A stretch of 64,000 nt of DNA from a virus, in IMG/VR virus record IMGVR_UViG_3300031857_000135, positions 2,747 to 66,746 of that record, one strand, 5' to 3'. Position 1 is the first letter of the stretch, and the number at the start of each line of letters is the position of its first letter. Below, in pieces: positions 28,847 to 39,567 of this stretch. The translations under genes were made by a program, and so were the position numbers. The notes under the pieces are model-generated. The model saw nothing but the letters and a program-made list of their open reading frames with translations, had not been told where the DNA came from and ran no database searches.

Positions 28847-29061
28847 TGAGATCCCACTCACTGGCGGAGTACTCTGTACTCTTTGATGAGATTGATTCAG
28901 GTCGCTTTGGCGATCATGTCAAAGAAGCGCTATATGGAGTTTGCGAAGGCATGGCTTCTTCAGTACAATCGCACTACGAGAAGAAGGCATCGTCTCCAAC
29001 TTCCATGACAGAAGAAGATGCGCGGCAAGCACGCCTGAATCAACTTCTACGAAAGTTCTAA
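28846..29061 (+). CDS. Small hypothetical head-associated protein
   Basis: Coupled ORF with EKKAS. Confidence 0.55.
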   Translation: MRSHSLAEYSVLFDEIDSGRFGDHVKEALYGVCEGMASSVQSHYEKKASSPTSMTEEDARQARLNQLLRKF

Positions 29062-29076
29062 TTGCGAGGACTGCAA

Positions 29077-29442
29077 ATGCTAAAGATCGGAAGTGCAGAA
29101 CTGGCAGTAGTCTCCGCAAGGAGCGCTGCCACCATTCGCTCGCTGACTGAAAAGGTCGCGAGCCTGGAGCAGGAGAACGTCCAGCTCCGCACAAAGCTTG
29201 CCTCGATTGCGCGCGACCACAAGGTTGCTGAGATTGCGCGTGAGATGGAGGACAAGGGTCTGAACGCCCACATGACGTTCGAAGAGAAGATCGCGCACAT
29301 TCGGGGCCATGCGCATCTTGAGAACGTACAAGAGGCGGTCAAGATGGCGAGTGCGGGCAATGTCCGCCTTGCCGATGTTTCGAATCAGCCGGGGTCTTCA
29401 GCCCTGGATGCCCTCACCTCCTTCTGCCTTACTGGCGAATAA
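29077..29442 (+). CDS. Coiled-coil scaffold-like protein
   Basis: GAGGA RBS; EKVAS, TKLAS, HKVAE, VKMAS; directly upstream of the decoration and capsid genes. Confidence 0.7.
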   Translation: MLKIGSAELAVVSARSAATIRSLTEKVASLEQENVQLRTKLASIARDHKVAEIAREMEDKGLNAHMTFEEKIAHIRGHAHLENVQEAVKMASAGNVRLADVSNQPGSSALDALTSFCLTGE

Positions 29443-29454
29443 CTGGAGATCCCT

Positions 29455-30045
29455 ATGGCTGGACAGTTCGTCACGATTCTGAATCCTGGGTACTCGACCC
29501 TCTACACGCGCGATCTTGCTTACCAGGCAAGTGCAAATGTTGAGGGCAGCGCCACTATGAACGTATTCAACCCGGATGCTACCCATCCTCTCCAGGAGGG
29601 TGAGTGGCTGCAGCTGTCGGGTGGTAAGTTCACACGCAGCCTCGCATCTGGCGCAGTTACGGGCTCTGGCTCAGCTTCTGCTCTTGCGATTGTAGATGAT
29701 GCACAGAACGCAGCTGCGTCGCGTCCCTGCTTCATGTACTTCCAGGAGCGGGGCCGCTACGATGCCCAGTTCACCCGGAAGGCACACTGCATCACAGGTC
29801 CTTCAGGATTTGAGTTCCGGACAAAGATGATTGTCTGCGACTCAGGCGATGAGGGTGAGCGGGTGTACGTGTACGTCTGCGAGGATGCCAGCGGGCGCCT
29901 TGTCTCTGCGCTGGTTTCCGTCTCTGTAGCTAATGGGGTTTCTTCGGCTGCAGTTCCCACTACCGGGTCTTGGTACGCCGGTACTATCCTTCAGGTACAC
30001 GGTACCAACGACGCCACCGTGCTGTTCCAGCCCGGTTTCCGCTAA
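29455..30045 (+). CDS. Probable capsid decoration/cement protein
   Basis: 196-aa beta-rich protein immediately before the MCP; GGAGA RBS. Confidence 0.55.
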   Translation: MAGQFVTILNPGYSTLYTRDLAYQASANVEGSATMNVFNPDATHPLQEGEWLQLSGGKFTRSLASGAVTGSGSASALAIVDDAQNAAASRPCFMYFQERGRYDAQFTRKAHCITGPSGFEFRTKMIVCDSGDEGERVYVYVCEDASGRLVSALVSVSVANGVSSAAVPTTGSWYAGTILQVHGTNDATVLFQPGFR

Positions 30046-30075
30046 TCAATCCCACAGTCCCGATAGGAGAACACC

Positions 30076-31209
30076 ATGGATTACTCTGCTGAAATGGTGA
30101 ATTCGGGCTTCATCGAGCGCCTCGAGACTGAGGGACCGACGAAGACCGCTGCCGCCTCACTGAACTACATCAAGGACCGCCTGCGCGAGTCCAGCTTCAC
30201 CGACATGATCGTTCCGAACGAGCGTGTTGTGCGTGGCGACCTCCAGCGCAGCACTGAGCACGACACCCTCGTGAAGATCGTCGATATCGAGCCCGGTAGC
30301 CGGGCGATGTCGATCAACTTCCGCGGGCAGCCCACTGCTCAGTACGTGAATGGCAAGCGGTATGCCATCGGCTTCTACACCATCTCGTCCCTCAAGTTCG
30401 AGATCGTGGAGCAGGAGCTTATGGCCTACGAGATGCCAATCACCCGTATCATTGAGGAGAACAGCCTCAAGGATATGGTTGAGGTGAAGGACCGCGAGTT
30501 CCTGAACCACGTCGAGTCCTGCGTCAATGCGATGCAGGCCGAGGGCAACAGCGGTTCTTCCGCGTTCTCGGTAATCGGCGGTCAGGTCACGATCTCGAAG
30601 ATCAAGGGTGTGCTGGCTCAGCAGTCGGGCGGCAATGCCACTGACTACACGACCTACGCCATCCAGCGTCCCGATATCGTCAACATCAAGAAGCTGCTCA
30701 AGCGGCAGATCACTGTGGGTGGTGAGACCATCCGCGCTGGTCGCCTGCGTCCGGCTCTGATGCTGATGACCGAGACCGATGCGGACGACTTCGATCAGTG
30801 GACCCATGAGGACTACGGTGATCGTCTTCAGAGCGAGACCGCTCTTGATGGCTACACCTACAACAAGGTCCTGGGTCTGCGGATCATCCGCACGATCAAG
30901 AACGACATCCTGCGTGAGGGCAACGTCTACGTCTTCACCTCGCCCGAGTTCTTCGGCCGCAACTACACCCTGAACGATGTGAAGTTCTACATCGACAAGG
31001 TTGCGAACCGGATCTTCTGGCAGGCGTGGATGGACGTCGGCATGGGCTTCGGCAACATCGCTGCGGTGGTGAAGCTCGAGCTCTACCCGGGCGATGCTTC
31101 GAACACGGCTGCCAACAGCTCCGTGATCCCGGTTGAGGAGAGCGACATCGGCGCCCTGAACAACAAGGTTGCCGACGGCCTCACCTTCCCGAGCATCAAC
31201 GTCTTCTGA
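30076..31209 (+). CDS. Major capsid protein
   Basis: 377 aa; strongest GC3 codon bias in the window; AGGAGA RBS; follows protease/scaffold genes and precedes a terminator; N-terminal TKTAA site. Confidence 0.85.
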   Translation: MDYSAEMVNSGFIERLETEGPTKTAAASLNYIKDRLRESSFTDMIVPNERVVRGDLQRSTEHDTLVKIVDIEPGSRAMSINFRGQPTAQYVNGKRYAIGFYTISSLKFEIVEQELMAYEMPITRIIEENSLKDMVEVKDREFLNHVESCVNAMQAEGNSGSSAFSVIGGQVTISKIKGVLAQQSGGNATDYTTYAIQRPDIVNIKKLLKRQITVGGETIRAGRLRPALMLMTETDADDFDQWTHEDYGDRLQSETALDGYTYNKVLGLRIIRTIKNDILREGNVYVFTSPEFFGRNYTLNDVKFYIDKVANRIFWQAWMDVGMGFGNIAAVVKLELYPGDASNTAANSSVIPVEESDIGALNNKVADGLTFPSINVF

Positions 31210-31230
31210 TCGAAGCGTTCGCTGTTCCTA

Positions 31231-31263
31231 AGCCCCGGGCCGAGTTATCGGGCCGGGGCTTTT
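31231..31263 (+). terminator. Rho-independent terminator after the MCP
   Basis: AGCCCCGG...CCGGGGCT stem followed by TTT. Confidence 0.8.
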
Positions 31264-31277
31264 AACTTAAAAAGGAG

Positions 31278-31811
31278 ATGACTGTGAAGATCGTCATCCA
31301 GAACTCTGTTAGAGATCCTTCGACTCGAGAGCGCCGTCGTGAGCATGTGGCGATGGTGACGCCTTCTCCTATGATTGGCGGCGTCCACCTCGCTCCCAGA
31401 AGAAGCCGCAGCGCGGATACCCAACAGCTATCGAATCACGATCTGCAGGTCATTGCAGATATGATCAAGTGTGGAGTACTCAGAGTCTTCCAGGCCTCTC
31501 CGTATGTGGAGCTGTCAGAAGGCTTTTTCCGTCCAGCAGCTCCGCCCGCTGTAGCTGTAGCTCCAGTAGAACCAGAGGTGAAGGCGTCAGAGCCCGAAAG
31601 TGTGGAGCCTGTAGCTGCTCTAGAGCCGGAAGAGCCGGAGGTAGTTGCAGAGCCCGTAGCAGTTGCCGCTGATGACGATGCCCGCAGGGAGGAGCTGATG
31701 TCGCTCAAGAATGCCGAGCTGCGTGAACTTCTAAGCAACGCAGGCGGTGGTAGCGGTACAGGCCTGTCGAAGGCTCAGCTGGTTGACGCCATCCTCGAGA
31801 GGTCGACATGA
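31278..31811 (+). CDS. Hypothetical protein with Pro/Glu linker and C-terminal Rho-N/HeH-like motif
   Basis: LMSLKNAELRELL...GLSKAQLVDAILE. Confidence 0.65.
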   Translation: MTVKIVIQNSVRDPSTRERRREHVAMVTPSPMIGGVHLAPRRSRSADTQQLSNHDLQVIADMIKCGVLRVFQASPYVELSEGFFRPAAPPAVAVAPVEPEVKASEPESVEPVAALEPEEPEVVAEPVAVAADDDARREELMSLKNAELRELLSNAGGGSGTGLSKAQLVDAILERST

Positions 31812-32278
31812 TCCGGGTCCATAACATCAGCGACCGTCCGAATTCTCCTTCTCTCCCGCGCGCGATCGCAGTCGGATCCGTCCTTCTGCGGCCGGGTAAG
31901 TTTGTAGAGGTTCCCGAGGAACACATCACACCCTCGCTGCGCAAACTGCACGGCTCACACATCTGGATCGGAGCAGTACCCGCAGCGAAGTTCATGTCTA
32001 CGAGCAAGAGCGCTCTTCGGGCACTGAAGACCGACGTATCGCCCATGTCGCAAGAAGAGGTGCGTGCGTATCTCTCGACTTTAGAGAGGGACGAGCTGCT
32101 GCATCTATGCGAGCAGGTGTCCCCGGCGCTCACATTTGAGCGCGCGCCGGGTAAGGCGATGTTGACCATCCTCCTGTCTCGCGCGATCTTCAGTGAGGGC
32201 GCTGTGCTGAACCCAGAGTCCTTCTTCTGGCTTCGACGCTGGACAAAACACGGGTCCGAGTTTGAGGAGCGTGAGTAA
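31808..32278 (+). CDS. Hypothetical virion-associated protein
   Basis: Coupled ORF in the head-tail region. Confidence 0.6.
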   Translation: MIRVHNISDRPNSPSLPRAIAVGSVLLRPGKFVEVPEEHITPSLRKLHGSHIWIGAVPAAKFMSTSKSALRALKTDVSPMSQEEVRAYLSTLERDELLHLCEQVSPALTFERAPGKAMLTILLSRAIFSEGAVLNPESFFWLRRWTKHGSEFEERE

Positions 32279-32778
32279 TGTCCTTTGAGTCCACAACAGT
32301 CATCCCGTCCGCCAGCAAGCGGATGAATGAAATCGTGGCGATGATTCGCCTCTTCCTGCGCGACTTCCCGGAGCTGAACCGGCTGATCGCTGGAGAAGAG
32401 ACGAGCGATCGAATGATTGCATGGGCTGTTGTGGACATCATTGCCGATTACAATGGAACTCCTCCGTTCATCGGAAATGCAAGTATCCAGAATTTTCCTA
32501 ACTTAAGCATGCTTAAAGATGGGGCAGTTAGCCAGATTTTAGAGTCCGTAGCTATCCTTCAGACTCGAAATCAGATGCAGTACTCTGATGGTGGTATCTC
32601 TGTCTCCGTTTCAGATAAAGCACCCATGCTCATTCAGTTCGCTCAGATGTTTAGAAACAGATACGAGCAGCAGAAAATTCGTACAAAGTCATCTCTAAAT
32701 GTAGAGTACGCATTTGAGGGCGGAGGTGTAGAGTCCGAATACTTCGTCATTAATGGTGTTTACTTCTCCAACTTCTGA
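32278..32778 (+). CDS. Probable head-tail adaptor (neck) protein
   Basis: IRLFLRD...SDRMIAWAV and YSDGGISVS patterns; position after the MCP. Confidence 0.5.
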   Translation: MSFESTTVIPSASKRMNEIVAMIRLFLRDFPELNRLIAGEETSDRMIAWAVVDIIADYNGTPPFIGNASIQNFPNLSMLKDGAVSQILESVAILQTRNQMQYSDGGISVSVSDKAPMLIQFAQMFRNRYEQQKIRTKSSLNVEYAFEGGGVESEYFVINGVYFSNF

Positions 32779-32785
32779 GGTATCT

Positions 32786-33307
32786 GTGGAAAATCTATTC
32801 AAGAATCCTCATAGTGAAGTTCCAGACGAGCTCTGGAAGGTAGCCTCGCCATTTGAGAGGCAGATGGCTGCTGTGGAGTACTGGGCTGAGTTACGCGGAG
32901 TTGAAAAGATTGCTGCAAAAAGTACAGTCAAGAAACGTATTATTGATTTTTTAGCAGATAAGAATACACCTGATCTCCTCTCTGCCGGTGCTGGCGCTGG
33001 TATTGGTGCAGGCTTAAACCTGTACTCGACAAAAAAGTTTCCGCAAAGCGAAGAGCTTGAAGTCGAAAAGGGTAAATTCACTAAAGAGCCATCAAGGGAG
33101 CAATTAGATCTTAGGGCGGATCGAGCTTCATTGGATGAGCGTAAGGCACGCGGAAATGCTGGGCCGACAACTGAAAAAATTCAGGATATTAAAGAAAGAT
33201 TAGCTTCTATGAGGGCCGAAAATAGGCTATTAAGCACCCTTCTAATGACAGCAGGCACCGGCGCACTGGGCTACGGCCTTTCCAGGCGCGTACGAGCAAT
33301 GACGTGA
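32786..33307 (+). CDS. Putative head-internal protein with KxA leader and Gly-zipper cargo
   Basis: WKVAS...EKIAA, then SAGAGAGIGAGL and TAGTGALGYGL. Confidence 0.65.
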   Translation: MENLFKNPHSEVPDELWKVASPFERQMAAVEYWAELRGVEKIAAKSTVKKRIIDFLADKNTPDLLSAGAGAGIGAGLNLYSTKKFPQSEELEVEKGKFTKEPSREQLDLRADRASLDERKARGNAGPTTEKIQDIKERLASMRAENRLLSTLLMTAGTGALGYGLSRRVRAMT

Positions 33308-34182
33308 TAAAGTTTAGAAATGAGAGAGTAATTTCTTTCTCTCTTGACTATTATGATGTTTACTGGGAAATCGACCCTACGACTGAGGATATTCAGCAGT
33401 ATGAGTTTTTTGTAGAACGAGCAGAAGCCGAGGCTGGGCCGTGGGATGTGATTGCTGGTCCCCTTATTGATCAGTACTACATTAGAGATAATGCTATTCA
33501 CTCCATCACAACTAATGCACGTACCCTTTACTACCGCATTCGGGCTGCTCATCTACCCACAAGCAGAGTCCTCTACTCGGCGACTTTTGATAGAGAGGGA
33601 CCTGCAAACCTCGTAGCAACTGAAATGATTCGGCTCGAGCGCGTTCTATTCGAAGAGTTTTCCGGGGTGCGCTGTTGGCTTTTCCCCCGTAGAACATTCG
33701 GGCAGCGCTGTCCCAGTTGCTATGACTCCGTTCTCGGTAAGACCATTGATACTCGTTGTGTGACTTGTTGGGGGACTGGGTTTAGTGGTGGTTATCACTA
33801 CCCTACAGCCATATGGGCTCAGGTAGATGTCTCCCCGGAAAGCGAGCAGGTCAGCGTTGAAGACCATCGCCGCGTTCAGATGGCTCAGATGCGCTGCGGT
33901 CCCAGCCCTGGAATTAAGCCTTTAGATTTGATAATTGATAATCAAAATAGAAGGTATCGAGTTATCGAGTCGGGAGGTACTACTCTTTCCGGCGTATTGG
34001 TACGTGCAGAGATAAAATTAGCACTTATTCAAAAAGGGTCTATCGAAGATAAGATACCTCTCAAGGTAGATAACGCGGTTACACAACTCGTTCCCAGAAG
34101 AAGTTTTACTAACGCACACTCGCTCGATACGTCTAAAGCCGAAGGTTTGGACGTTTTTGGGCTGTATGGAGTTAGGCGATGA
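33304..34182 (+). CDS. Probable head-closure/neck protein with Fn3-like N-terminus and Zn finger
   Basis: RCPSC...CVTCWGTGF; position between adaptor and sheath. Confidence 0.5.
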   Translation: MIKFRNERVISFSLDYYDVYWEIDPTTEDIQQYEFFVERAEAEAGPWDVIAGPLIDQYYIRDNAIHSITTNARTLYYRIRAAHLPTSRVLYSATFDREGPANLVATEMIRLERVLFEEFSGVRCWLFPRRTFGQRCPSCYDSVLGKTIDTRCVTCWGTGFSGGYHYPTAIWAQVDVSPESEQVSVEDHRRVQMAQMRCGPSPGIKPLDLIIDNQNRRYRVIESGGTTLSGVLVRAEIKLALIQKGSIEDKIPLKVDNAVTQLVPRRSFTNAHSLDTSKAEGLDVFGLYGVRR

Positions 34183-34493
34183 CAGCGAAAAAAGAGCGTA
34201 AAGAGAGCCTTGTAGAGATTGTCGGGCTACCGACGCTCGCTGCGGGCGCAGGTTCACTTATCGGAGGCATTGCAGGGGGAGCCGTAACTAGAAAAGTTCT
34301 AAGAAGTCCCGGAATATCTGCCCGACTTAGGAAAATGAGCCCTGAACAAAGAAAACAGCTCGTACATAGTCTACATTCAGGCGGAGCTGCACTTGCAGGT
34401 ACAGCTTCTGCACTTGGCAGCTATGCTCTCTCTGAGCACATAAGAGACCGAATGGAACGTCGTCGGGAGCTTGAGGCTCGGGAGAAGAAGTGA
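34179..34493 (+). CDS. Small Gly-zipper membrane-like protein
   Basis: AAGAGSLIGGIAGGAV and GAALAGTASALG. Confidence 0.6.
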   Translation: MTAKKERKESLVEIVGLPTLAAGAGSLIGGIAGGAVTRKVLRSPGISARLRKMSPEQRKQLVHSLHSGGAALAGTASALGSYALSEHIRDRMERRRELEAREKK

Positions 34494-35335
34494 GTTCGAC
34501 GAATGTAAGACGCTCACCTCTCGAGGTCGGTCGCGGTGATGATCCCGCGGTCTTCGCAATGCGTCTTTACATTCAGTACCTTCAAGGCCTCTTTAACTGG
34601 ATGCCCGAGGGAACATTTCACTGGGAGCCTGATGATGAGATCACGGAGATCATGATCCGAGGTCAAGCCCCGCTGAATACGGAAGTAGTGGGAAAGAGAC
34701 CTGCGATTACGGTGGTAATGGGGCCATATCAGTTTGCGGGAATTGGTATCGATAATCTCCTGTCTTACAATCCAAAAACAGGAGCGAGAGTTCGGACTGA
34801 CTTAATGTCCGGCTATCTAGTGGTTTACACAATTGCAGATTCAGATATCATTGCGATGCGTCTTGCCCACATCGTCTCGCATCACACCCGGGTAAACCAG
34901 CGATTACTTGAAAGTCCTGGTGGGTTTTACTCTATCGCTCGGCCTTCTCCGACGGTAAACTCTCCCAGTCCGCCAGGTCAATTGGTCATGGGAGACCCTG
35001 GGCAATTGATCATGTGCCAGGTTAACATCCCCTTCCAGATGCAATGGACTTGGGAAACGAGTCCTAAGCAACAACCCCAGTTCCGATCTCTCGGCCTGAT
35101 TACAGATTCAAGACGAGCTTCAGAATACGAGTTCGCGCAGGACGAGACGGTCTCTAACATCCGATTGGCCATGAATCTTGATGATGTGCGCGTGCGTCGC
35201 CTTCGCGGACCGCGTATTATCAGTCAGAGTAATGGTATTCCCACGTATCATCAGCCAGTCACCGAAATCATTCACGAAGGGACCGAAGATTTTCAGATCT
35301 CAGGTCTCGAAGCCTTCCAAGAAGACACGGAGTAG
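34490..35335 (+). CDS. Probable tail completion/terminator protein
   Basis: RPAITV motif; immediately upstream of the sheath. Confidence 0.45.
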   Translation: MSSTNVRRSPLEVGRGDDPAVFAMRLYIQYLQGLFNWMPEGTFHWEPDDEITEIMIRGQAPLNTEVVGKRPAITVVMGPYQFAGIGIDNLLSYNPKTGARVRTDLMSGYLVVYTIADSDIIAMRLAHIVSHHTRVNQRLLESPGGFYSIARPSPTVNSPSPPGQLVMGDPGQLIMCQVNIPFQMQWTWETSPKQQPQFRSLGLITDSRRASEYEFAQDETVSNIRLAMNLDDVRVRRLRGPRIISQSNGIPTYHQPVTEIIHEGTEDFQISGLEAFQEDTE

Positions 35336-35341
35336 CCTCTC

Positions 35342-38300
35342 ATGGCAAGTGAAAACCGCCCCGGCGTCATCGTAGTTCAGGAGCTCCGCGAGACTCCTGC
35401 TGCAGTTGCCACGCCCACGCTGAACCCCGTGGTTGTTGCTCCGTGCTACCAGATCATCCGGGCTGTGGATGCCTCCGGGTCTATCAACTCCGATGCGGAG
35501 TACACGACCCAGCGCTACACACAGGAGTCTCTGACGATCACGCAGGCAGAGTTTCCTGACCCGCGCGATAACATCGATGAGATCAACATCGATGAGACCC
35601 AGGTCGGTGCTCGCCTCTTCTACGCCGGTGCCCTGACTACGCTTCCGCGGGGCAGCCATGGCAGCACAGGTTCCGCGTTCCTGGCTGCTGCAAACTTCGC
35701 TACTCGGGCCACTGTTGTATTCAACTCAGGTAGCTCGACCTTCGCATTTGGTCCTAGCACGCAGCTGCTGTCTATCAAGGCAAACAGCGCCAATAATCTC
35801 AATCCTTCGGTAGTTGCCTTCACAGGCACTATGACAGCTGCTGAAGTAGCTGCATCTCTTGCCGCCGTTCCAGGTATTGTCGCTTCAGTAGTTAGCGATA
35901 CTGTCGTAGTCAAGAGCCGTACCTTCGGCGCTGCGTCTTCTCTGTACCTGACTGGCAGCGCGCTTCCGGTTCTTACTGCGGTGATGCTCACTCCACTCGT
36001 AGCATCATCAACGTATAGACTTGAGGGCTCGGGTTTCAGAGGTCAGGATGACCTCGACGGAGACCTGACTACGCCATGGATTGAGTTTCATGTCGGCAGC
36101 TACACTGTAGGCGGAGTTGCTACCCCGATTGCTGCTCCGTTTGCCCTCGAGGACAAGGACGGCGCCACGGCGACTCCTGCTGCGATGACCTTCACTGGTT
36201 CAGGAGCGTCGGTTCCCCTCAAGGCGGCAACTGCTACCACTCCTGGAGATGAGTTCTGGGCTGACGGAACTCGCGTGAGTGAGGCATCTGTGACCGCCGT
36301 TGAGGAGGCCCGCTTTAAGCTGGGTATCCTCGACGCAACTCGGTCTACCTTCGACGCGGACGGTAACCTCGTCTCCGCTATCTACTCGACGGTAGAGGTG
36401 AACACGCCCTCAAGCAGCGTTCCGTTTGCTCCGGTTTACGCGTACTTCATCGCGAACAACCTGGTCTGGGGCTCGGTCACTCCTGCTCCAGAGGCCGCGG
36501 AGATCACAGGCATCGATACGAATGCCCTCGCTGCGCAGCCTGCACAGCTAGTGGGGACCGCTTTCGATCCCACCGAGATCACATCACTTGCGGGAGGCAC
36601 ACTGACCTTCCGTATTGTTGAGGATGGGGTCACCCTTGATGACGTGACTCACACCTTTACGTCTTCGGCAACGAGCCTCAGCGCAGCTCTGACTGCTCTG
36701 AATGCCGATGCGAATCTGTCGGCGCTCACGTTCGCCACTGGAGACGACGGCTCCGATAAGATTCTGGTTGTTAAGACTATAAAGAACGGTGCTGATCAGA
36801 GTGTCACGTTCCTCGGAACTGCCTCTACCAGCGTAGGTGCTTCATTCGGTCTCACTTCCGGTGATACTGCTACGGGAGTTGATGTTGAGTTCGCAGAGGC
36901 CGCATCTCTCCAGTCTGACGCTGCCGATCTGGGTGCAGCATCAGGTAATCTCATTGTCAGTGTTACCGTCACTATCGGAGATGTAACTTACGAGTGGGAT
37001 CTTCCCGAAGTAACCAGCTACACAACTGCGACTGCGCTGGCCCAGGCCCTTGCAAGTGGGGCAAGTGCTGTCGGAGGTAAGTACCCTGTTTACTTCAAGA
37101 ATGATTCTGCCCTTCCGCATCTTCTGAATCTAAGTGCCACTGGAGCAGATTCCGCGGCTCGGATTACTTTTGAACTTACTCGAGGCGGGGATGGTATCGA
37201 TCTAGCGCTGACCTCAGATAATGACACTGTTATCGAATTCTCGACGGCTTTATCAGACACCGATGCTGGTGCTGATCTCCTCAAAGGCACTCGTCTCGAG
37301 TTCACCCTGGACAGCAATCCGCACGTCTACGAAGTTGACTTCACCAGTAACTCGCTCCGGGAGGCAGTTGATGCCATCAACGAGGCTGTCGGCGGCGCAG
37401 TAGACATCGCGAGCGAGGATGGTCTGACTCTTGTGATGACCAGCGCGTTCTCTGGCGCGGCATCTGCTGTCAATCTTGATGACTCGAGCCCTGCTTACAG
37501 TGTGCTGTTCGATACTGACAGCGCTGCGGGTTCCGGTAGGCCGAATCCCAGCTTCTACATCGATGGCGAAGGCACTGCGCACATCGGAGCACATGCACTT
37601 CGCAACCGCAGCACAGGCCTACCCCTCGACCTGAGTTCAGGCGGGGCTCGGGTTTATCTCGATTATGTCGGTCTGCGGCTGGATGTCACCGCAGCAGCGT
37701 CCAGCCCATCGCTCCTGACCTTCGACGACGTGGCGACGATGGATGCGGCAATCGGGCCGATCTCCCTGGAGAACCCGCTTGCGCTCGCCTGCTTCCTCAT
37801 GCTGCAGAACACCCCGACACAGGCTGTGTCGGCCCTGGGCATCGAGGCTGTGAACGACGCAGCTCCAATGGGGACGACGACAGCGCACCTCAATGCGCTC
37901 AACTACCTCGAGAGCAAGGATGTCTATGGCATCGCGCCGATGACGGATGATCCTTTCGTCCAGCAGCTCTACTCGGCGCACGTGGAGAGCATGTCCACGC
38001 CTGAGCAGCGTGGTGAGCGCATCTGCTTCCTCTGGCAGGGCGTTCCCACTCGCGCACAGGACACGTCCATCCTGGCTGGATCGGATGCTGAGGTAAACGG
38101 TACAGCCAACAGCATCACGCTGGGTTCAACTCCGATTGAGGGTCTTGCCGCGCTGGGTCTGGATCCTTCGGAGCTGAGCCTTGACGATAATGTCTACCTC
38201 GAGCTGGTGGTTGTCCAGCTCGGAGAGACCAGTGTCTTCAAGTTCTCGGTCTCCCAGGCAAACGGCACTGCGCTGATCCTTAGAAGCTCCTTTGCCTCCG

Positions 38301-39064
38301 ATGAGAACACCGACGGCTTCTACGACACACCCGATCTCGACTGGACGGACGACGACAACCTGAGCGGGATGACCTTTGTGCTCAAGCAGCGCGGCGAGCG
38401 CCTGCTTATCACAGGCACCGAGATCCCCGACCGCAACGCGATTGCCACTACCGCAGCCGCCCAGGGCGATGCATACAACAGCCGTCGGACTTTCCTGCTT
38501 TTCAGTGGGAATGTCGACACCAGCATCGACGGCGTTGTGACTCCTGTTCCGGGCTACTACGCCTGTGCCGCGATTGCTGGAATGGTGGCTGAGCTTGCAC
38601 CTCAGCAGCCCTTCACGCGCGTTTCCATGACTGGCTTCTCGAGGGTGTACGGGACAGACGACACCTTCAGTGAGAACCAGATGGATACGATTGCTGATGG
38701 TGGTCGCTACATCCTGATCAACCAGGGTGGTCGCATCGCTTCTCGGCATCAGCGGTCAACGCGTTCTTCGTCCATCGAGGCTCGAGAGCTTTCAATCACG
38801 AAGGCGATTGACTTCCTGGCGAAGGGTCTGCGGGCAACGAACCGGGTGTACATCGGCCGGTATGTCATCAACCCCGGATTCATCGATCAGCTGGTCATGA
38901 GCAATGAGGGCTTCCTTGCCCGCACTGTTCAGGCTGGCGTCGTGAACGGTGCTGCGCTGAACAGCGTCCTGCAGGACAGCAATGCCCCTGACACCGTGCT
39001 GATTGAAGTCACTGTGGCTCCGGCCTACCCCTGCAACAAGATCCGCATCACCATCGTCTCCTGA
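35342..39064 (+). CDS. Tail sheath protein with large insertion domains
   Basis: N-terminal RPGVIVVQE; C-terminal PGYYACAAIAG, ELSITKAIDF, VTVAPAYPCNKIRITI. Confidence 0.88.
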   Translation: MASENRPGVIVVQELRETPAAVATPTLNPVVVAPCYQIIRAVDASGSINSDAEYTTQRYTQESLTITQAEFPDPRDNIDEINIDETQVGARLFYAGALTTLPRGSHGSTGSAFLAAANFATRATVVFNSGSSTFAFGPSTQLLSIKANSANNLNPSVVAFTGTMTAAEVAASLAAVPGIVASVVSDTVVVKSRTFGAASSLYLTGSALPVLTAVMLTPLVASSTYRLEGSGFRGQDDLDGDLTTPWIEFHVGSYTVGGVATPIAAPFALEDKDGATATPAAMTFTGSGASVPLKAATATTPGDEFWADGTRVSEASVTAVEEARFKLGILDATRSTFDADGNLVSAIYSTVEVNTPSSSVPFAPVYAYFIANNLVWGSVTPAPEAAEITGIDTNALAAQPAQLVGTAFDPTEITSLAGGTLTFRIVEDGVTLDDVTHTFTSSATSLSAALTALNADANLSALTFATGDDGSDKILVVKTIKNGADQSVTFLGTASTSVGASFGLTSGDTATGVDVEFAEAASLQSDAADLGAASGNLIVSVTVTIGDVTYEWDLPEVTSYTTATALAQALASGASAVGGKYPVYFKNDSALPHLLNLSATGADSAARITFELTRGGDGIDLALTSDNDTVIEFSTALSDTDAGADLLKGTRLEFTLDSNPHVYEVDFTSNSLREAVDAINEAVGGAVDIASEDGLTLVMTSAFSGAASAVNLDDSSPAYSVLFDTDSAAGSGRPNPSFYIDGEGTAHIGAHALRNRSTGLPLDLSSGGARVYLDYVGLRLDVTAAASSPSLLTFDDVATMDAAIGPISLENPLALACFLMLQNTPTQAVSALGIEAVNDAAPMGTTTAHLNALNYLESKDVYGIAPMTDDPFVQQLYSAHVESMSTPEQRGERICFLWQGVPTRAQDTSILAGSDAEVNGTANSITLGSTPIEGLAALGLDPSELSLDDNVYLELVVVQLGETSVFKFSVSQANGTALILRSSFASDENTDGFYDTPDLDWTDDDNLSGMTFVLKQRGERLLITGTEIPDRNAIATTAAAQGDAYNSRRTFLLFSGNVDTSIDGVVTPVPGYYACAAIAGMVAELAPQQPFTRVSMTGFSRVYGTDDTFSENQMDTIADGGRYILINQGGRIASRHQRSTRSSSIEARELSITKAIDFLAKGLRATNRVYIGRYVINPGFIDQLVMSNEGFLARTVQAGVVNGAALNSVLQDSNAPDTVLIEVTVAPAYPCNKIRITIVS

Positions 39065-39093
39065 ACCCTGCTTCCTGACTGGAGGACAAACCC

Positions 39094-39540
39094 ATGCCCG
39101 CTACACCGACCTCGAAGGCTGTTCTCGCCGCTCCCAACGTCACTTCGCAGTGGCACCTCAAGCGGCTCCATCGTCGGCTTGATGACCGTGACTCAGTGCT
39201 CGAGACTGCTCTGCAGCTCATCGAGGAGTGGGATGCGGCTGTATTTCCCGTCATTATCAAGGTCGCAGGATTTCAACCTTCAAAGGTTGCTACGTCCGGC
39301 AACGTAGTTGTATCAATCGGAGGCGCTGATTTTACAAGTTCCTCCACTGTGACTGCGACTCTTGGATCTACTACTCTGACACTCTCATCGAGGAGTACTA
39401 ACGATCAAACTCTCACATTTGCTGGCGCTGGAATTGAGTCAGCTGTAACTGCTGCAACGACTGGTGATCAGCTTGTTCTGGCAATTCGCATTGATAACGT
39501 GCTCTGCCCGCCTGTTGCGCTGACTCCCATCACGGCCTGA
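39094..39540 (+). CDS. Hypothetical tail-associated protein (Ig-like)
   Basis: GGAGG RBS; Thr/Ser-rich beta strands; between sheath and tube. Confidence 0.6.
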   Translation: MPATPTSKAVLAAPNVTSQWHLKRLHRRLDDRDSVLETALQLIEEWDAAVFPVIIKVAGFQPSKVATSGNVVVSIGGADFTSSSTVTATLGSTTLTLSSRSTNDQTLTFAGAGIESAVTAATTGDQLVLAIRIDNVLCPPVALTPITA

Positions 39541-39567
39541 TCCCTTTAGCACTCGAGGTCAACTCAC

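Noticed and set aside
30157-38749. Long antisense ORFs opposite the MCP and sheath (and likewise opposite parB)
   Set aside because: Expected shadows of strong GC3 codon bias; no RBS or recognisable motifs
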